DNA from: a virus
Length of the DNA: 64,000 nucleotides
Strand: one strand, 5' to 3'
Virus record (IMG/VR): IMGVR_UViG_3300027419_000023
Below are positions 38,547 through 48,359 of the stretch, one piece after another. Within the stretch, counting starts at the first letter, position 1; the number at the start of each line of letters is the position of its first letter. Made by a program: the position numbers and the translations under genes. Below the pieces are notes generated by a model that worked only from the letters and a program-made list of their open reading frames with translations, was not told the DNA's origin and searched no databases.

Positions 38547-39203
38547 CTATTTTCCTAAGTTTCGGATATGTAATCTATCTGAAAAATTTGTTCCCAATCG
38601 AAGAGATGTTTTCCATGTATTTGGACCGCTAATACTAAGTTCATGAGGTGTTGCTCCGCCTGGCATTACAAAGATCTTGCCGACATCAAGATTAAATTCC
38701 TGAATTAAAGATCTTAGTGTTCCTTCGCTATACATCCAGGGAGCTGCGCCTACTACAAACTTAAATACGCAATTATCAATAGATTTCCAGTTATTAAAAA
38801 ATTCTCGTCTCTGTTGTAAGGATTTAAAGCAGTCTTGTTTAGGACTAACCATTATAAATCGGAAATACTTTGCAAATTCGGAATCTAAAGGAATAATGCC
38901 ATTAGTTTCTAAGTCTACTTTTTTATCAGTTAAGTTGTCTAATAATTCTTTTAATTCCTCTTTTTGAAGTAATGGTTCTCCTCCGGTGATAACGAGTTGG
39001 GTGTTTGCAGGATGTCTTCCTAAATGTTCCCGAATCCGTTGTAGTAAGTCCGGTATAGTTATTTCTTCGATTTTTATCGCAGGGGTATCGCATCCTTTAC
39101 ATGAAAGTTGACATCCGGCTAGTCGAACGAATAAAACCGGCCTTCCTTGAATTGGCCCTTCGCCCTGAAGGCTATAAAACAAATCATATATCTTCATATT
39201 CAA
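38547..39203 (-). CDS. queE: 7-carboxy-7-deazaguanine synthase (radical SAM)
   Basis: SLQGEG, CxxxCxxCDT, TGGEP, ETNG, SPK, R.H. Confidence 0.93.
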   Translation of the reverse strand: MNMKIYDLFYSLQGEGPIQGRPVLFVRLAGCQLSCKGCDTPAIKIEEITIPDLLQRIREHLGRHPANTQLVITGGEPLLQKEELKELLDNLTDKKVDLETNGIIPLDSEFAKYFRFIMVSPKQDCFKSLQQRREFFNNWKSIDNCVFKFVVGAAPWMYSEGTLRSLIQEFNLDVGKIFVMPGGATPHELSISGPNTWKTSLRLGTNFSDRLHIRNLGK

Positions 39204-39431
39204 TTCAATAGACGCTTATTGTATTTAAAGATTTTGGTTCATTTTCGATTACTTTTTGTAACTGCTACCAAAAAGACTATATACGATACGGTGGTAGTAA
39301 GTTTGTATGATAATCACTGCTTGGGAAATACTGATATTCATATTAGGTATAGTAACAGGAACCAGCCTATCATTGATTGTATTCATGTTAGGAGTTGAAT
39401 CCGGATTAAAATCATATAGGACCTGATTAAT

Positions 39432-39644
39432 ATGATAACCGAAATAATATTCGTCACGTTGTCGTTGACCACGACAATCAATGGAACTGGCAACGGTAGT
39501 TATTACCTAATGAATAACGATACGAACGTTACAGAAAACGTAACAGGAGTATTATCCTTGGAAACCAACCATATCATAGAAGGGATACCAGATGCTCCAC
39601 CAGCATTGCAACCTAGATTCCCGATGCCTGTTCCAAGCATGTAA
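39432..39644 (+). CDS. Small hypothetical protein, possibly exported
   Basis: Hydrophobic N-terminus, several N-x-S/T sequons. Confidence 0.4.
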   Translation: MITEIIFVTLSLTTTINGTGNGSYYLMNNDTNVTENVTGVLSLETNHIIEGIPDAPPALQPRFPMPVPSM

Positions 39645-39694
39645 ACCAAAAAGTATTTAACGTTAGAAAGTAACTACAAAGTAGAGGTGAACTT

Positions 39695-40231
39695 ATGTTA
39701 TTAATCGAGAAAGAAAAAGTTGCCACAGAAAAGAAAGTAATTAAGTCGAAAAAATCTACTTGCAAGTATTTCTCAGAAATGTCTATTAAGAGGTTCTCAG
39801 AAATCAGCATAACACCAAGATATACAGTAGATGTAAGAAAAGCAAATTCAGAGTTACAAAAAAATCATGTTTATGTATCCAACGAATCCTGTAAGTCGTT
39901 AAAAGTTAATGTAACAGGAAGTATAGACGTTAAAATTAACATGAAGACTCCTAGTGTTTACGAGGAACTTATTGAACATCTCGAATTAGAAAAGTTCTTG
40001 ATAGACGGGAAAGAAATCGACTTGCCATTATATGATATGGGAGAAATAATTGAATCTCTGGATGGCTATAAAGCCATACGGATCGTGTTAAATAACCTTC
40101 ATACTCTAGGTTATTACCTACCAGAAAAGAATACGTTTGTGTTCGGCAATATCGTTTGGCATGACCATTACTTGTCCATAGTGCTTAGAAATGTATGGCC
40201 ACAAATCCTAGAGAAATTAAATCTAGGATAA
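39695..40231 (+). CDS. Hypothetical protein
   Basis: Promoter AACCAAAAAGTATTTAA at about 39644; GAGGTG RBS. Confidence 0.6.
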   Translation: MLLIEKEKVATEKKVIKSKKSTCKYFSEMSIKRFSEISITPRYTVDVRKANSELQKNHVYVSNESCKSLKVNVTGSIDVKINMKTPSVYEELIEHLELEKFLIDGKEIDLPLYDMGEIIESLDGYKAIRIVLNNLHTLGYYLPEKNTFVFGNIVWHDHYLSIVLRNVWPQILEKLNLG

Positions 40232-40239
40232 CTTCTTTT

Positions 40240-40875
40240 TTATTCCCAGGAAAATTCTGAGTATTTGTCCAGGAAATCTTCGTAACCTTTTTCTAGTTCC
40301 TCCATGGTAAAGTACTTTACGACAGCTTTCTGTTCTGGATTGCGGTCTAAAATACCGTCTAGGTAAATAAAGCAAACTTTTGGTTTTCTATTCAACATAT
40401 GCCAATATGCAGCAGCTTGCATAATATGATTTGGATAATCTTTTCCAGTTTTTAAATCAATCAAGCAAAGTTCGTTATTTATTTTAGCTAACATATCCAA
40501 CCGACCCGCATATCTTGGATCATTACAAAATAATGCCGTTTCTATAGCAATTGGCCTGATATCTAAATTTAAATCGTTCCACATTTTTAAGCACCGAGAA
40601 ATACGTCCTCGAACTTCAGATCTTGATACATTCCAAATAGGTTCATATGGTAAAGGCAATATTTCTTTAGAATATCTTTTTAGAATATGATAATGAACTA
40701 ACGTTCCAATTACCATTGATGGACTCGTTCCATAATTCTTTTTAGCGGATTTTTGCTTTTGTTGACTAATTATAGTAGTTACAGAAGGATACGGAATATC
40801 AAGATCATTTTTATAATAAAAACGACTACCTTTATTTTCTTTAGTATAATATTTCGAATTGTCTTTTATTATCAT
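40240..40875 (-). CDS. PD-(D/E)XK exonuclease (RecB/Cas4-like phage exonuclease)
   Basis: YPSVTTI, GT.VH, E..L, YAG..D, IDLKTG, Q..AY. Confidence 0.85.
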   Translation of the reverse strand: MIIKDNSKYYTKENKGSRFYYKNDLDIPYPSVTTIISQQKQKSAKKNYGTSPSMVIGTLVHYHILKRYSKEILPLPYEPIWNVSRSEVRGRISRCLKMWNDLNLDIRPIAIETALFCNDPRYAGRLDMLAKINNELCLIDLKTGKDYPNHIMQAAAYWHMLNRKPKVCFIYLDGILDRNPEQKAVVKYFTMEELEKGYEDFLDKYSEFSWE

Positions 40876-40880
40876 AAAAA

Positions 40881-41825
40881 TCAGTCCTGAATCACATTTT
40901 TACTTATTAAATATTCGTTTAACGGTATTCCGATACTAGTTATGGGTTCATTACTATATAAAAATTTTATTATATCATCATATTGTAAAACAATTAATTT
41001 TTTATCAGGATATTTATTATTAAACATAATCATCTTTTGTTTAGAATCATCTGTTAAATATCCTTTTACTTCAACGTATAAATCATACTCCGGTAAATAA
41101 AAATCTGGATGCCAGATAATATCATTCTGCAGTTCTATTCGTTTTTCATATTCCCATGCAACTGTTTGTTTTTCTAATTCAGTTGCAAACAATATTTCAT
41201 ATGACGATCTTAACCATATAATAACATTATTTGATTTAGTAAAATATGCTCCGTTACCATGTCCGGATCCAGGATATGCAGGTTTCCCATAACGAGGATG
41301 ATCTTTTCCTGATATTCTGGGTATCTTTGATAGATGCTGTTTTGTTTCTTCTGTATGATGCTTACCATAAAACGGGTTTTTATCACCAACTAATTTACCC
41401 GTCAATGCTTTTGATATTCTTTCTCCTCGTAATCTTAGAACATCTTCTGAAATATTATATTTTTTACCTAAATGAGACTCAGAGCAATTACGAGCTTTAA
41501 TGCCAAATTCTTTCATCCAATGGCATATAGTATTTTTTTCAATATTAAATTCGCGTTCTATTTGTTCATAAGACTTTCTATGAAAAATATATTGTTCTTC
41601 TAACCATTCTTTGTTCCTAAATTTTATTATGTCAATATTATGACAAAGATCAATAGCTTCTAATAACGTTCTTTTTGGTATACTAAATTTAGCTAACCAC
41701 TTAGATATTGTGACATTAGTACATCCAACTTCTTTAGCTATTTGATTACAAGATCGTTTGAGTATAATATATTGATTAAATAACCATTCTTTATTATTAT
41801 ATTTATTAGAATATTTCTTTACCAT
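40881..41825 (-). CDS. NUMOD3 / HTH / PD-(D/E)XK homing-endonuclease-like protein
   Basis: KEWL..QY repeats, NPFYGKHHTEETK, WLRSSYE, PDFYLPE, EVKG. Confidence 0.8.
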   Translation of the reverse strand: MVKKYSNKYNNKEWLFNQYIILKRSCNQIAKEVGCTNVTISKWLAKFSIPKRTLLEAIDLCHNIDIIKFRNKEWLEEQYIFHRKSYEQIEREFNIEKNTICHWMKEFGIKARNCSESHLGKKYNISEDVLRLRGERISKALTGKLVGDKNPFYGKHHTEETKQHLSKIPRISGKDHPRYGKPAYPGSGHGNGAYFTKSNNVIIWLRSSYEILFATELEKQTVAWEYEKRIELQNDIIWHPDFYLPEYDLYVEVKGYLTDDSKQKMIMFNNKYPDKKLIVLQYDDIIKFLYSNEPITSIGIPLNEYLISKNVIQD

Positions 41826-41843
41826 AATAATACACTTTCACAA

Positions 41844-42113
41844 TTACTTATTATAAATATATCTCTGAACTGCTATCGTAGCCCACATCAAAGTCGTAGT
41901 TGATCCCATTGTTACTGATAACCAGAAGTCGTTGGAAATATAAACTAGCGTTACCACTATCATGAATAGAGTTGTTAAAATAGAAGTCTGATATGGTATT
42001 TCACTGCATTTATTCCTATAGTTATATAGAACTTGTGGAAATAGTGATATGGCAAAGACGGCAGAACAAACCATTAAGATCTGATCTGAATAAGGTTGTA
42101 TAAATTCTAACAT
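41844..42113 (-). CDS. PQ-loop (SemiSWEET-like) 3-TM protein
   Basis: LFPQV motif after TM1; three helices. Confidence 0.7.
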   Translation of the reverse strand: MLEFIQPYSDQILMVCSAVFAISLFPQVLYNYRNKCSEIPYQTSILTTLFMIVVTLVYISNDFWLSVTMGSTTTLMWATIAVQRYIYNK

Positions 42114-42115
42114 GG

Positions 42116-43186
42116 CTATAACTCATCAATTTCCAAATATTCTTTCAATATTAATCCAGCATATTCTAAAGTTATTTTATTTTTTATCAATAAATCAATA
42201 TCTTTCTTTTGTAACACTCTTAATTTAATAAAAGGATATTTATTATAGAACTTAATCATTTTACGTTTTGCATCATCCGTTAACCATCCCTTTATTTCGA
42301 TATAAAGATCATACTCGGGCAAATAAAAATCAGGATGCCATATATCATTGTCTAATTCAAACAATTTTTCATATTCCCATACACATTTAATCTTATCAAG
42401 ATAATCAGCAAATACAGTTTCATAAGATGAACGTAACCATACAGTAGATCCATCTAATTTAGTATGATAAGAACCTTTACCAAATCCCGTACCGGGTCTA
42501 GCAGGTTTACCGTACATATAATGATCTTTACCAGATATTCTTGGCCAGAGAGCCATTTTCCTACGAGTTTCTTCAGATGGATTAGAAAGTTTCTTGGATA
42601 ATATTTGTTTGGTTTCTTCAGTATGATGCTTTCCGAAAAACGGATTCTTTTCACCTGTTCTACCATACATCGGATTATTAGAACCAGTATACTTTCCTTT
42701 TCTGGAAATCGACATATGCTCTCGTGCTTCTGCATCCAACGTCCAATGCTTTCCAAAATTTGGATGGTTTTCTCCTACAAATTTTTTACGGGAAAGAGAT
42801 ATCTTCCTACGAGTTTCTTCAGATGGATTAGAATTTGCTTCCGATATCTTACGTTTCGTTTCTTCGGATCTTAGTTTGCCATATATGGGATTATTTTCAC
42901 CAGAAACATCTGCGTGATTTTCAGACATCTTTTTCCTAGTATATGAAGTTTTGCACTGTTCTGATGATGGTCGTATGCTAAAACCAAATAATTTTATATA
43001 TTTACCTACTATATAATTGGTAGTATTTAATTCTTTTGCAATAGACGAAATTGATCGAAATATCATATTATATTGTTCGTTTATCCAATCATAATCAGTA
43101 AGAAGTAATTTCGCTTCTTCGGTTAATATAGAATCTTTCTTTTTTAAGCGTACCAAGAATTCCAGACTCCTCTTATATTCATACAC
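42116..43186 (-). CDS. NUMOD3 / PD-(D/E)XK homing-endonuclease-like protein (likely TTG start at 43156)
   Basis: Multiple SEETRRKIS / GENNP repeats; WLRSSYE, PDFYLPE, EIKG. Confidence 0.8.
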   Translation of the reverse strand: MYEYKRSLEFLVRLKKKDSILTEEAKLLLTDYDWINEQYNMIFRSISSIAKELNTTNYIVGKYIKLFGFSIRPSSEQCKTSYTRKKMSENHADVSGENNPIYGKLRSEETKRKISEANSNPSEETRRKISLSRKKFVGENHPNFGKHWTLDAEAREHMSISRKGKYTGSNNPMYGRTGEKNPFFGKHHTEETKQILSKKLSNPSEETRRKMALWPRISGKDHYMYGKPARPGTGFGKGSYHTKLDGSTVWLRSSYETVFADYLDKIKCVWEYEKLFELDNDIWHPDFYLPEYDLYIEIKGWLTDDAKRKMIKFYNKYPFIKLRVLQKKDIDLLIKNKITLEYAGLILKEYLEIDEL

Positions 43187-43407
43187 TCATATAAAATGAA
43201 TAATATTGAATAAGGTATATTTTTTGCTTTTAAAAAGCCTATTAACATATAGCCATTTGAACCGATCCATAGAAAAAATCCAAGACCTCTCCAAGAAGCA
43301 CTGATATCAGAAGAAAATGTTGCACCTAATACAGCAACTAACATAGTTAAATATTCTAATGGATGTATTTTGATGTCATTATAGATATCAGTAATGCTAT
43401 TATTCAA
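43144..43407 (-). CDS. PnuC-like small membrane protein
   Basis: Three TM helices, GF.LW..SN and G.W..W pattern. Confidence 0.5.
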   Translation of the reverse strand: MNNSITDIYNDIKIHPLEYLTMLVAVLGATFSSDISASWRGLGFFLWIGSNGYMLIGFLKAKNIPYSILFILYECMNIRGVWNSWYA

Positions 43408-43559
43408 TTACTCACTTCCGTCTCGAAGTCAAACAAATCCATCTGCTCGTGTTCATCTTCCTGGACTTTTAGAAAACATATCAGTCCGTAACCGCGTTCC
43501 TGACTGTCTGGATCCTTGAGGTTACGTCCGCATCGCTTACATTTATAAAAAGTAGGCAT
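43404..43559 (-). CDS. DUF6011-like Zn-finger protein (51 aa)
   Basis: CKRCGRNLKDPDSQERGYGLIC; QMDLFDF near C-terminus; below ORF-track cutoff. Confidence 0.7.
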   Translation of the reverse strand: MPTFYKCKRCGRNLKDPDSQERGYGLICFLKVQEDEHEQMDLFDFETEVSN

Positions 43560-43577
43560 GCTATCCTTCCTAACGTA

Positions 43578-44072
43578 TTAAATGTTCCTCTGGTATATAT
43601 CGTCAAACGACAACAGGAAACTCTCTAACTCCCTAGCATTAGATATACGAAGTGGTACGTCCAGATGTTTGTTATACTCCCTGGTTATTAATACTACCTG
43701 GGAATAATCTCGGAATTTTGGGTAATCCTCGACAATGACATCATGAGACTTCAATATCCGCATCTTTTCTTCAGGACCACTAGTATAAATTACCTGGTAC
43801 GGTATCTTGATGTGGTTATTTAGCCACTGGCTGGTATATGGAGCCCAAAGTGGCAACTGGTTAGAAAGGATTACGATTCTGTCAAGCAGTTCATTTACGA
43901 CTCCTAGATATTCTGTTTCTGGGCACTCCAAGCAGATTTCCGGATGTTCATTAACTATCTGGATAACTGTCTTGCCGTCTTGGTTCGTTGCATCCCAACG
44001 GTCTGGCTCTCCCCCTAAGACATAAGAACCGAACTCACGAAGCACTCCGTCTAAATCGAAGTATAGGGCCAT
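43578..44072 (-). CDS. HAD-family 5'(3')-nucleotidase-like
   Basis: FDLDGVL, K, VEDYP, YN motifs. Confidence 0.75.
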   Translation of the reverse strand: MALYFDLDGVLREFGSYVLGGEPDRWDATNQDGKTVIQIVNEHPEICLECPETEYLGVVNELLDRIVILSNQLPLWAPYTSQWLNNHIKIPYQVIYTSGPEEKMRILKSHDVIVEDYPKFRDYSQVVLITREYNKHLDVPLRISNARELESFLLSFDDIYQRNI

Positions 44073-44220
44073 TAACTTTCCTCGTTGCCTATATTTAAAT
44101 AAAATAAGTAAAATCCTATCAACCCAAATAGAAACGTATAGTTATATCTAAATTCGGAAATAGACTTAACTATCATTATAAAGCACATTATCATGACGAA
44201 TATATCTAGTATTTTCATTA

Positions 44221-45281
44221 TTATTTCACTTCCTGTAACCAAGGCATTAAATTTTTAGCGGCTTTTTCCAGATCTTCTTCCGGAATCTCTTCCCGGGAAG
44301 AGTACATTCCTCCGCATTCAGTGCAGCGTGAGTGGCCAACTACTTTATTATAGTGCCAGAGTGTTTTTCTCATGCAGCTCAAGCAAAATCTTTCTGTATC
44401 CGGTGGTGGCATGTAACATTATTCCTCCTCTAGTTATAGTATTTAAGTAGTTTATTTAAGTTATTACTTATAAAATTCCTGATGCTCTTTCAAGGCGTTT
44501 TCTATTTAGATCCTCTAATGGCATACAAATATTTTCTGATATCGCTAATGAATATAAAGATTTAGCTACTCTAATTGCATCACTTTCTAATACATATACA
44601 CTAGAATATATGCCACCCACTCCCATTACACTGCGTGGTTTCAACGTAGAAGATTTGAATAATTTGCGTATTGTATCATTTGTTGATCTATCAAATCCAC
44701 GTTCGGATGTATGCAATAAGTCCAATTCTACATATGCATATTTTCTTCGTAGTGTTATTGCGACAAACGGTATTCCGTTATCTGCACACCATCCCCAATA
44801 TCGATTCGAAATTTTATAGGACTGATTTTCACGGATAACAAATTTGGCTTCTATAGATTCCTCAAGAGTGGTATGAGGAACTAACCTATCAGATATTTTT
44901 GCGATCATTATTATTCCTCCTTTACTTATTGTACTCGAAACCTATCCCAATTTCTATATTCTCGCCAGTTTCCTGAGAAATTTCATTGGTATGTTTTATG
45001 GCAGCTAATACAAAATCAATATAATCTGGATTATCTACGGATATGTAATAAATTCCCCCAAAATCCCAACCATCTGGACTTGCCCAGACTCCTATTATAA
45101 TTTCATCATCTTTGTATATTAATTCAGGAAATTCTTCAGAATCTCGAAGATGATTTCCAGATTTAAATTCTAGGATGCCACGGTCAAGTAGTAATACCGT
45201 AGGGAATCCAGAATCCTGTAACTTTCTTTGCAAATTGGCCATAAACTGTCTTGCTTGAATTATAATTTCTTTAGACTTCAT
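44221..45281 (-). CDS. Hypothetical ORFs (44221-44412 Zn ribbon, 44468-44908, 44922-45281)
   Basis: GGAGG RBSs; promoter at about 45304-45320. Confidence 0.5.
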
Positions 45282-45319
45282 AAGTTAGTTAACGGTTTTG
45301 TAGTATTTAAAACTTTTGG

Positions 45320-46246
45320 TTAGTAATCATTGCTAATTATTCCGCCGTATTGCTCAGCAAATCTCCAATCCAATTGTATATTAACAGGCTTATTGTCAAT
45401 TACCGAATAGGACAATATAAGACCGCATACATCAGCTCCGCCGTAACTTGCCAAAATAACTTCATCAGGAGCTTGAAAGCAACCAACTCCGATCAGTACC
45501 TTTCCCATGAAGGAGGGCACATAACAACACGAGTGACAATGGCCATACAAAAATATGGTGCCTATCTGTTCTTCGGACATCAATTGGAGTGTTCGTGTCT
45601 TAATACGCTTATTACGATTTTGACCTGGTGCGGCACACGAACCTCCGCCGTGATTTACATTGATCAAGATGTTGCCAGGACCAACTATTGGAGTTCCCTT
45701 ACGGATATATGTCAAATCAGGTCTTCTTATTACCATTTCGTTACAGAAATCGTAATGCCAGTCAAATTTGGCTAAGGAAGCCTCGTGGTTACCCTTAGTA
45801 ATGATATTCGTTGCAAAACCGCTAGGATAATATCGTTGGAAATATTGTTCAAATTCGCTGGTGGTATTAAGGAATCTTACTTCATTATGGTACTTTTGAT
45901 TCATTAATCCGTCAATTGCATCGCCACAATGAATTAAGAAGTTAATTCCGCGTTCTTTACAATCCTCGATAAAATTATCAAAGACGGTTTTCTGCTGGTA
46001 TATGGAACCCCAGTGCGTATCAGAGACAACTGCAATTTCATAGCGTTGCAATTCTTCATTACTATAGTCAGTTCTTGATGATCGGGGTGAAGGTAGGCCA
46101 ACTTCGTACCACTTGCATTTCCAGCGGTCTCTTGAAACTCTTACACACCTAGCAGAATCATTGAAGTTACCGCAACGAGCATACACCCGTAACATGTCGT
46201 ATTCGGAAAATTCATCAAACGGCTTTTCTGGGATAGTTATTACCAG
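45320..46246 (-). CDS. Metallophosphoesterase/nuclease with N-terminal HTH-like module (CTG start inferred)
   Basis: SDTH, GD..DG, GNHE, HG, GH.H; upstream in-frame extension homologous to the N-terminus of 47197..48021. Confidence 0.8.
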   Translation of the reverse strand: MVITIPEKPFDEFSEYDMLRVYARCGNFNDSARCVRVSRDRWKCKWYEVGLPSPRSSRTDYSNEELQRYEIAVVSDTHWGSIYQQKTVFDNFIEDCKERGINFLIHCGDAIDGLMNQKYHNEVRFLNTTSEFEQYFQRYYPSGFATNIITKGNHEASLAKFDWHYDFCNEMVIRRPDLTYIRKGTPIVGPGNILINVNHGGGSCAAPGQNRNKRIKTRTLQLMSEEQIGTIFLYGHCHSCCYVPSFMGKVLIGVGCFQAPDEVILASYGGADVCGLILSYSVIDNKPVNIQLDWRFAEQYGGIISNDY

Positions 46247-46269
46247 AAGATCAGCTCCTTGCTATTGAT

Positions 46270-46596
46270 TTAATCAGTGCACAATTCATTAGATCCACAC
46301 TTTGGACAAACTTTATTAGGATCCTTGCAATATTGATCATAAGTTGTCCATTTCATTTCTCGAATTCTACGACCGAAATATTCATACCAACGCGCAATAT
46401 TTTCCTGCATTGTCATGTCCGGACGAATTGGTATACCATTGATAAATTCGCAACAATGAATTGTTTCGTTTAATTTGCTCGTTTGCAATCCAAATAGCGT
46501 TTCATCATATTCTCTAGATAAAAATTTCGACGGGTTATAAGACTTATCATAAAAATCGTCTTGTTCCCATCCACACTTATGACAATGTACGAACAT
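46270..46596 (-). CDS. Zn-ribbon protein
   Basis: CHKCGWEQDDF...CPKCG. Confidence 0.55.
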   Translation of the reverse strand: MFVHCHKCGWEQDDFYDKSYNPSKFLSREYDETLFGLQTSKLNETIHCCEFINGIPIRPDMTMQENIARWYEYFGRRIREMKWTTYDQYCKDPNKVCPKCGSNELCTD

Positions 46597-47194
46597 GATT
46601 ATTAATCTCCTTTTTATTAGAAACTAATATGGTTTCAATACTATTCGTTCCCATGATAACGTTAACTAGGGATTTGACATTATAACCTTGATCTCGGAGT
46701 CGTTCTGCAGCACCATCCTTTTCGATTATAGTATATGATCCGATTACATTAATATGGTTACTTTCTAAGGTATCGACAATAACAGAAATTGTTCCACCTG
46801 TACTAACAACGTCATCTATGATAATAACATTACGTCCTGGCTTAATACTATTGATGTACATAGTTGACTCCGAATAGCCAGTTTGTTGATGGACTTCTAG
46901 TTCTCCGGGTAATCCATATTTTCGTTTTCTAGCAACCACGTAAGGTCTATCCATTAGTGTACTAACCACTGTTGCGATGGGTAAGGCCATTGCTTCTGGT
47001 GCAATAATGAAATCAAGATTTGAATGGGTTACATCGCGTTCTATTAGTTCTTGTAGTCTACGAGCTGTTTTAAAAAGAATTTCTGGATCAATTGGCAACG
47101 CGCCGTCTGTTAGTGCATGAACAAAGTAGTTATATCCATTTTTATTTATAATAGGAGATTCTTTTATAGAATCTATTAAAAATTGAAGATTCAT
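46577..47194 (-). CDS. hpt: Purine phosphoribosyltransferase, archaeal Hpt/Apt family
   Basis: SPI...Y.YFVH..TDG, EAMALP, RKRKYGLPGE, QQTGYS, PRPP motif IIDDVVSTGGT. Confidence 0.88.
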   Translation of the reverse strand: MNLQFLIDSIKESPIINKNGYNYFVHALTDGALPIDPEILFKTARRLQELIERDVTHSNLDFIIAPEAMALPIATVVSTLMDRPYVVARKRKYGLPGELEVHQQTGYSESTMYINSIKPGRNVIIIDDVVSTGGTISVIVDTLESNHINVIGSYTIIEKDGAAERLRDQGYNVKSLVNVIMGTNSIETILVSNKKEINNHVRTLS

Positions 47195-47196
47195 AT

Positions 47197-48021
47197 CTAA
47201 GTCCTCATAATTCTGTCCGGAACAAAATCAATAAACTTATTAACCACATTTTCCAAAATCTCGACATCGGCAATACAATGTGTCACAATGTAGTCTAATG
47301 CGTCATTATCCCTATTTAATACCACATTATTCCATTCGATTAGACCCAGTTTTGTTTTGTCTGGTGAAGCATCTGGATTAGACACTTGCAGAATTTGATT
47401 TATGCGTTCTAACCGTCTTGTGGATGGATTAGTTACTCGTTTTACCGTGAAATATAAATCTAATGACTTGATCTTTTTAAGTGGCTGAATTCCGTGATAC
47501 AACGCACGGGTTCTTATAAATGGTATGTCAAAACGATTTCCAAAATATGTCACTACACCATCATAGGTAGTTAATTCTTCGTTTAATTTTATCAAAATTT
47601 CTTTTTCTGCTTCCACTAAACTGTTATTAGATAAATTAATTCTAAATATCTTTGGATCTTCTCTGGAACCGTAAGTTCGGATAACAGCACAAAGCATAAT
47701 CCCAAAATCAGATTTTAGAGACGTCGTTTCTATGTCCAGTACAGCCACTTTCGATGAATCTGGGTTTAGAAACAGATTAGAACTCATTGATTTCGTGACT
47801 TTCTTAGTTCGGGCAAGTAATTTCGGTACATTAATTACATCTGGTAAAATAGAATCATTTGTTTTAATATTTTCCAATTCTTTTTTATTATTATAATACC
47901 TTATGTATGTTGGATGAGTTGTATTTGTAAATAAAGCACACTTTCGGAATGATCCACATTGTTGATATAGATCGTCTAGTTCTTTGAATGTCCATTCGGA
48001 TAACGGTTTTAATTCAGTCAT
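47197..48021 (-). CDS. RNase H-like (DEDD) exonuclease
   Basis: DIET, G.RFD.PF, DL, HC..DV. Confidence 0.82.
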   Translation of the reverse strand: MTELKPLSEWTFKELDDLYQQCGSFRKCALFTNTTHPTYIRYYNNKKELENIKTNDSILPDVINVPKLLARTKKVTKSMSSNLFLNPDSSKVAVLDIETTSLKSDFGIMLCAVIRTYGSREDPKIFRINLSNNSLVEAEKEILIKLNEELTTYDGVVTYFGNRFDIPFIRTRALYHGIQPLKKIKSLDLYFTVKRVTNPSTRRLERINQILQVSNPDASPDKTKLGLIEWNNVVLNRDNDALDYIVTHCIADVEILENVVNKFIDFVPDRIMRT

Positions 48022-48029
48022 TTCTATAT

Positions 48030-48299
48030 TTACTCCTTGCTATTGTTTTCCAGTTTCCAGGCTATTGTAATTGGATGAAATTTCATTTCGAGCAAGTACT
48101 GTCCCGAATCATCTTCGTATATTTCGATAGTTGTCTTATTTCGTATCTTGGATTCTATGACTTTCGAAAGTTTGTTGATGTCTCGGTTAGGTAGCTCTTC
48201 CCAACTGGATACTATGTCTTCGAGGGTCCCTATGTCGATTTTATAGCCTTCGAAAATTTTTGAAAGTTGCTTAATTTGGTCGTCTAAAAATTCGGACAT
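48030..48299 (-). CDS. Hypothetical protein
   Basis: AGGAG RBS; promoter at about 48344-48360. Confidence 0.5.
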   Translation of the reverse strand: MSEFLDDQIKQLSKIFEGYKIDIGTLEDIVSSWEELPNRDINKLSKVIESKIRNKTTIEIYEDDSGQYLLEMKFHPITIAWKLENNSKE

Positions 48300-48359
48300 A
48301 ATAATACTCCTAAAAATAGAATAATCAAAATATAGTGTTTTAGTATTTAAAGGTTTTGG

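Noticed and set aside
40240-40875. Cas4 / CRISPR adaptation gene
   Set aside because: Lacks the four-Cys Fe-S motif; no cas genes or array nearby; fits a generic phage exonuclease
40881-43186. Group I introns around the NUMOD3 nucleases
   Set aside because: Flanking genes look intact and intergenic gaps are too short for a ribozyme core
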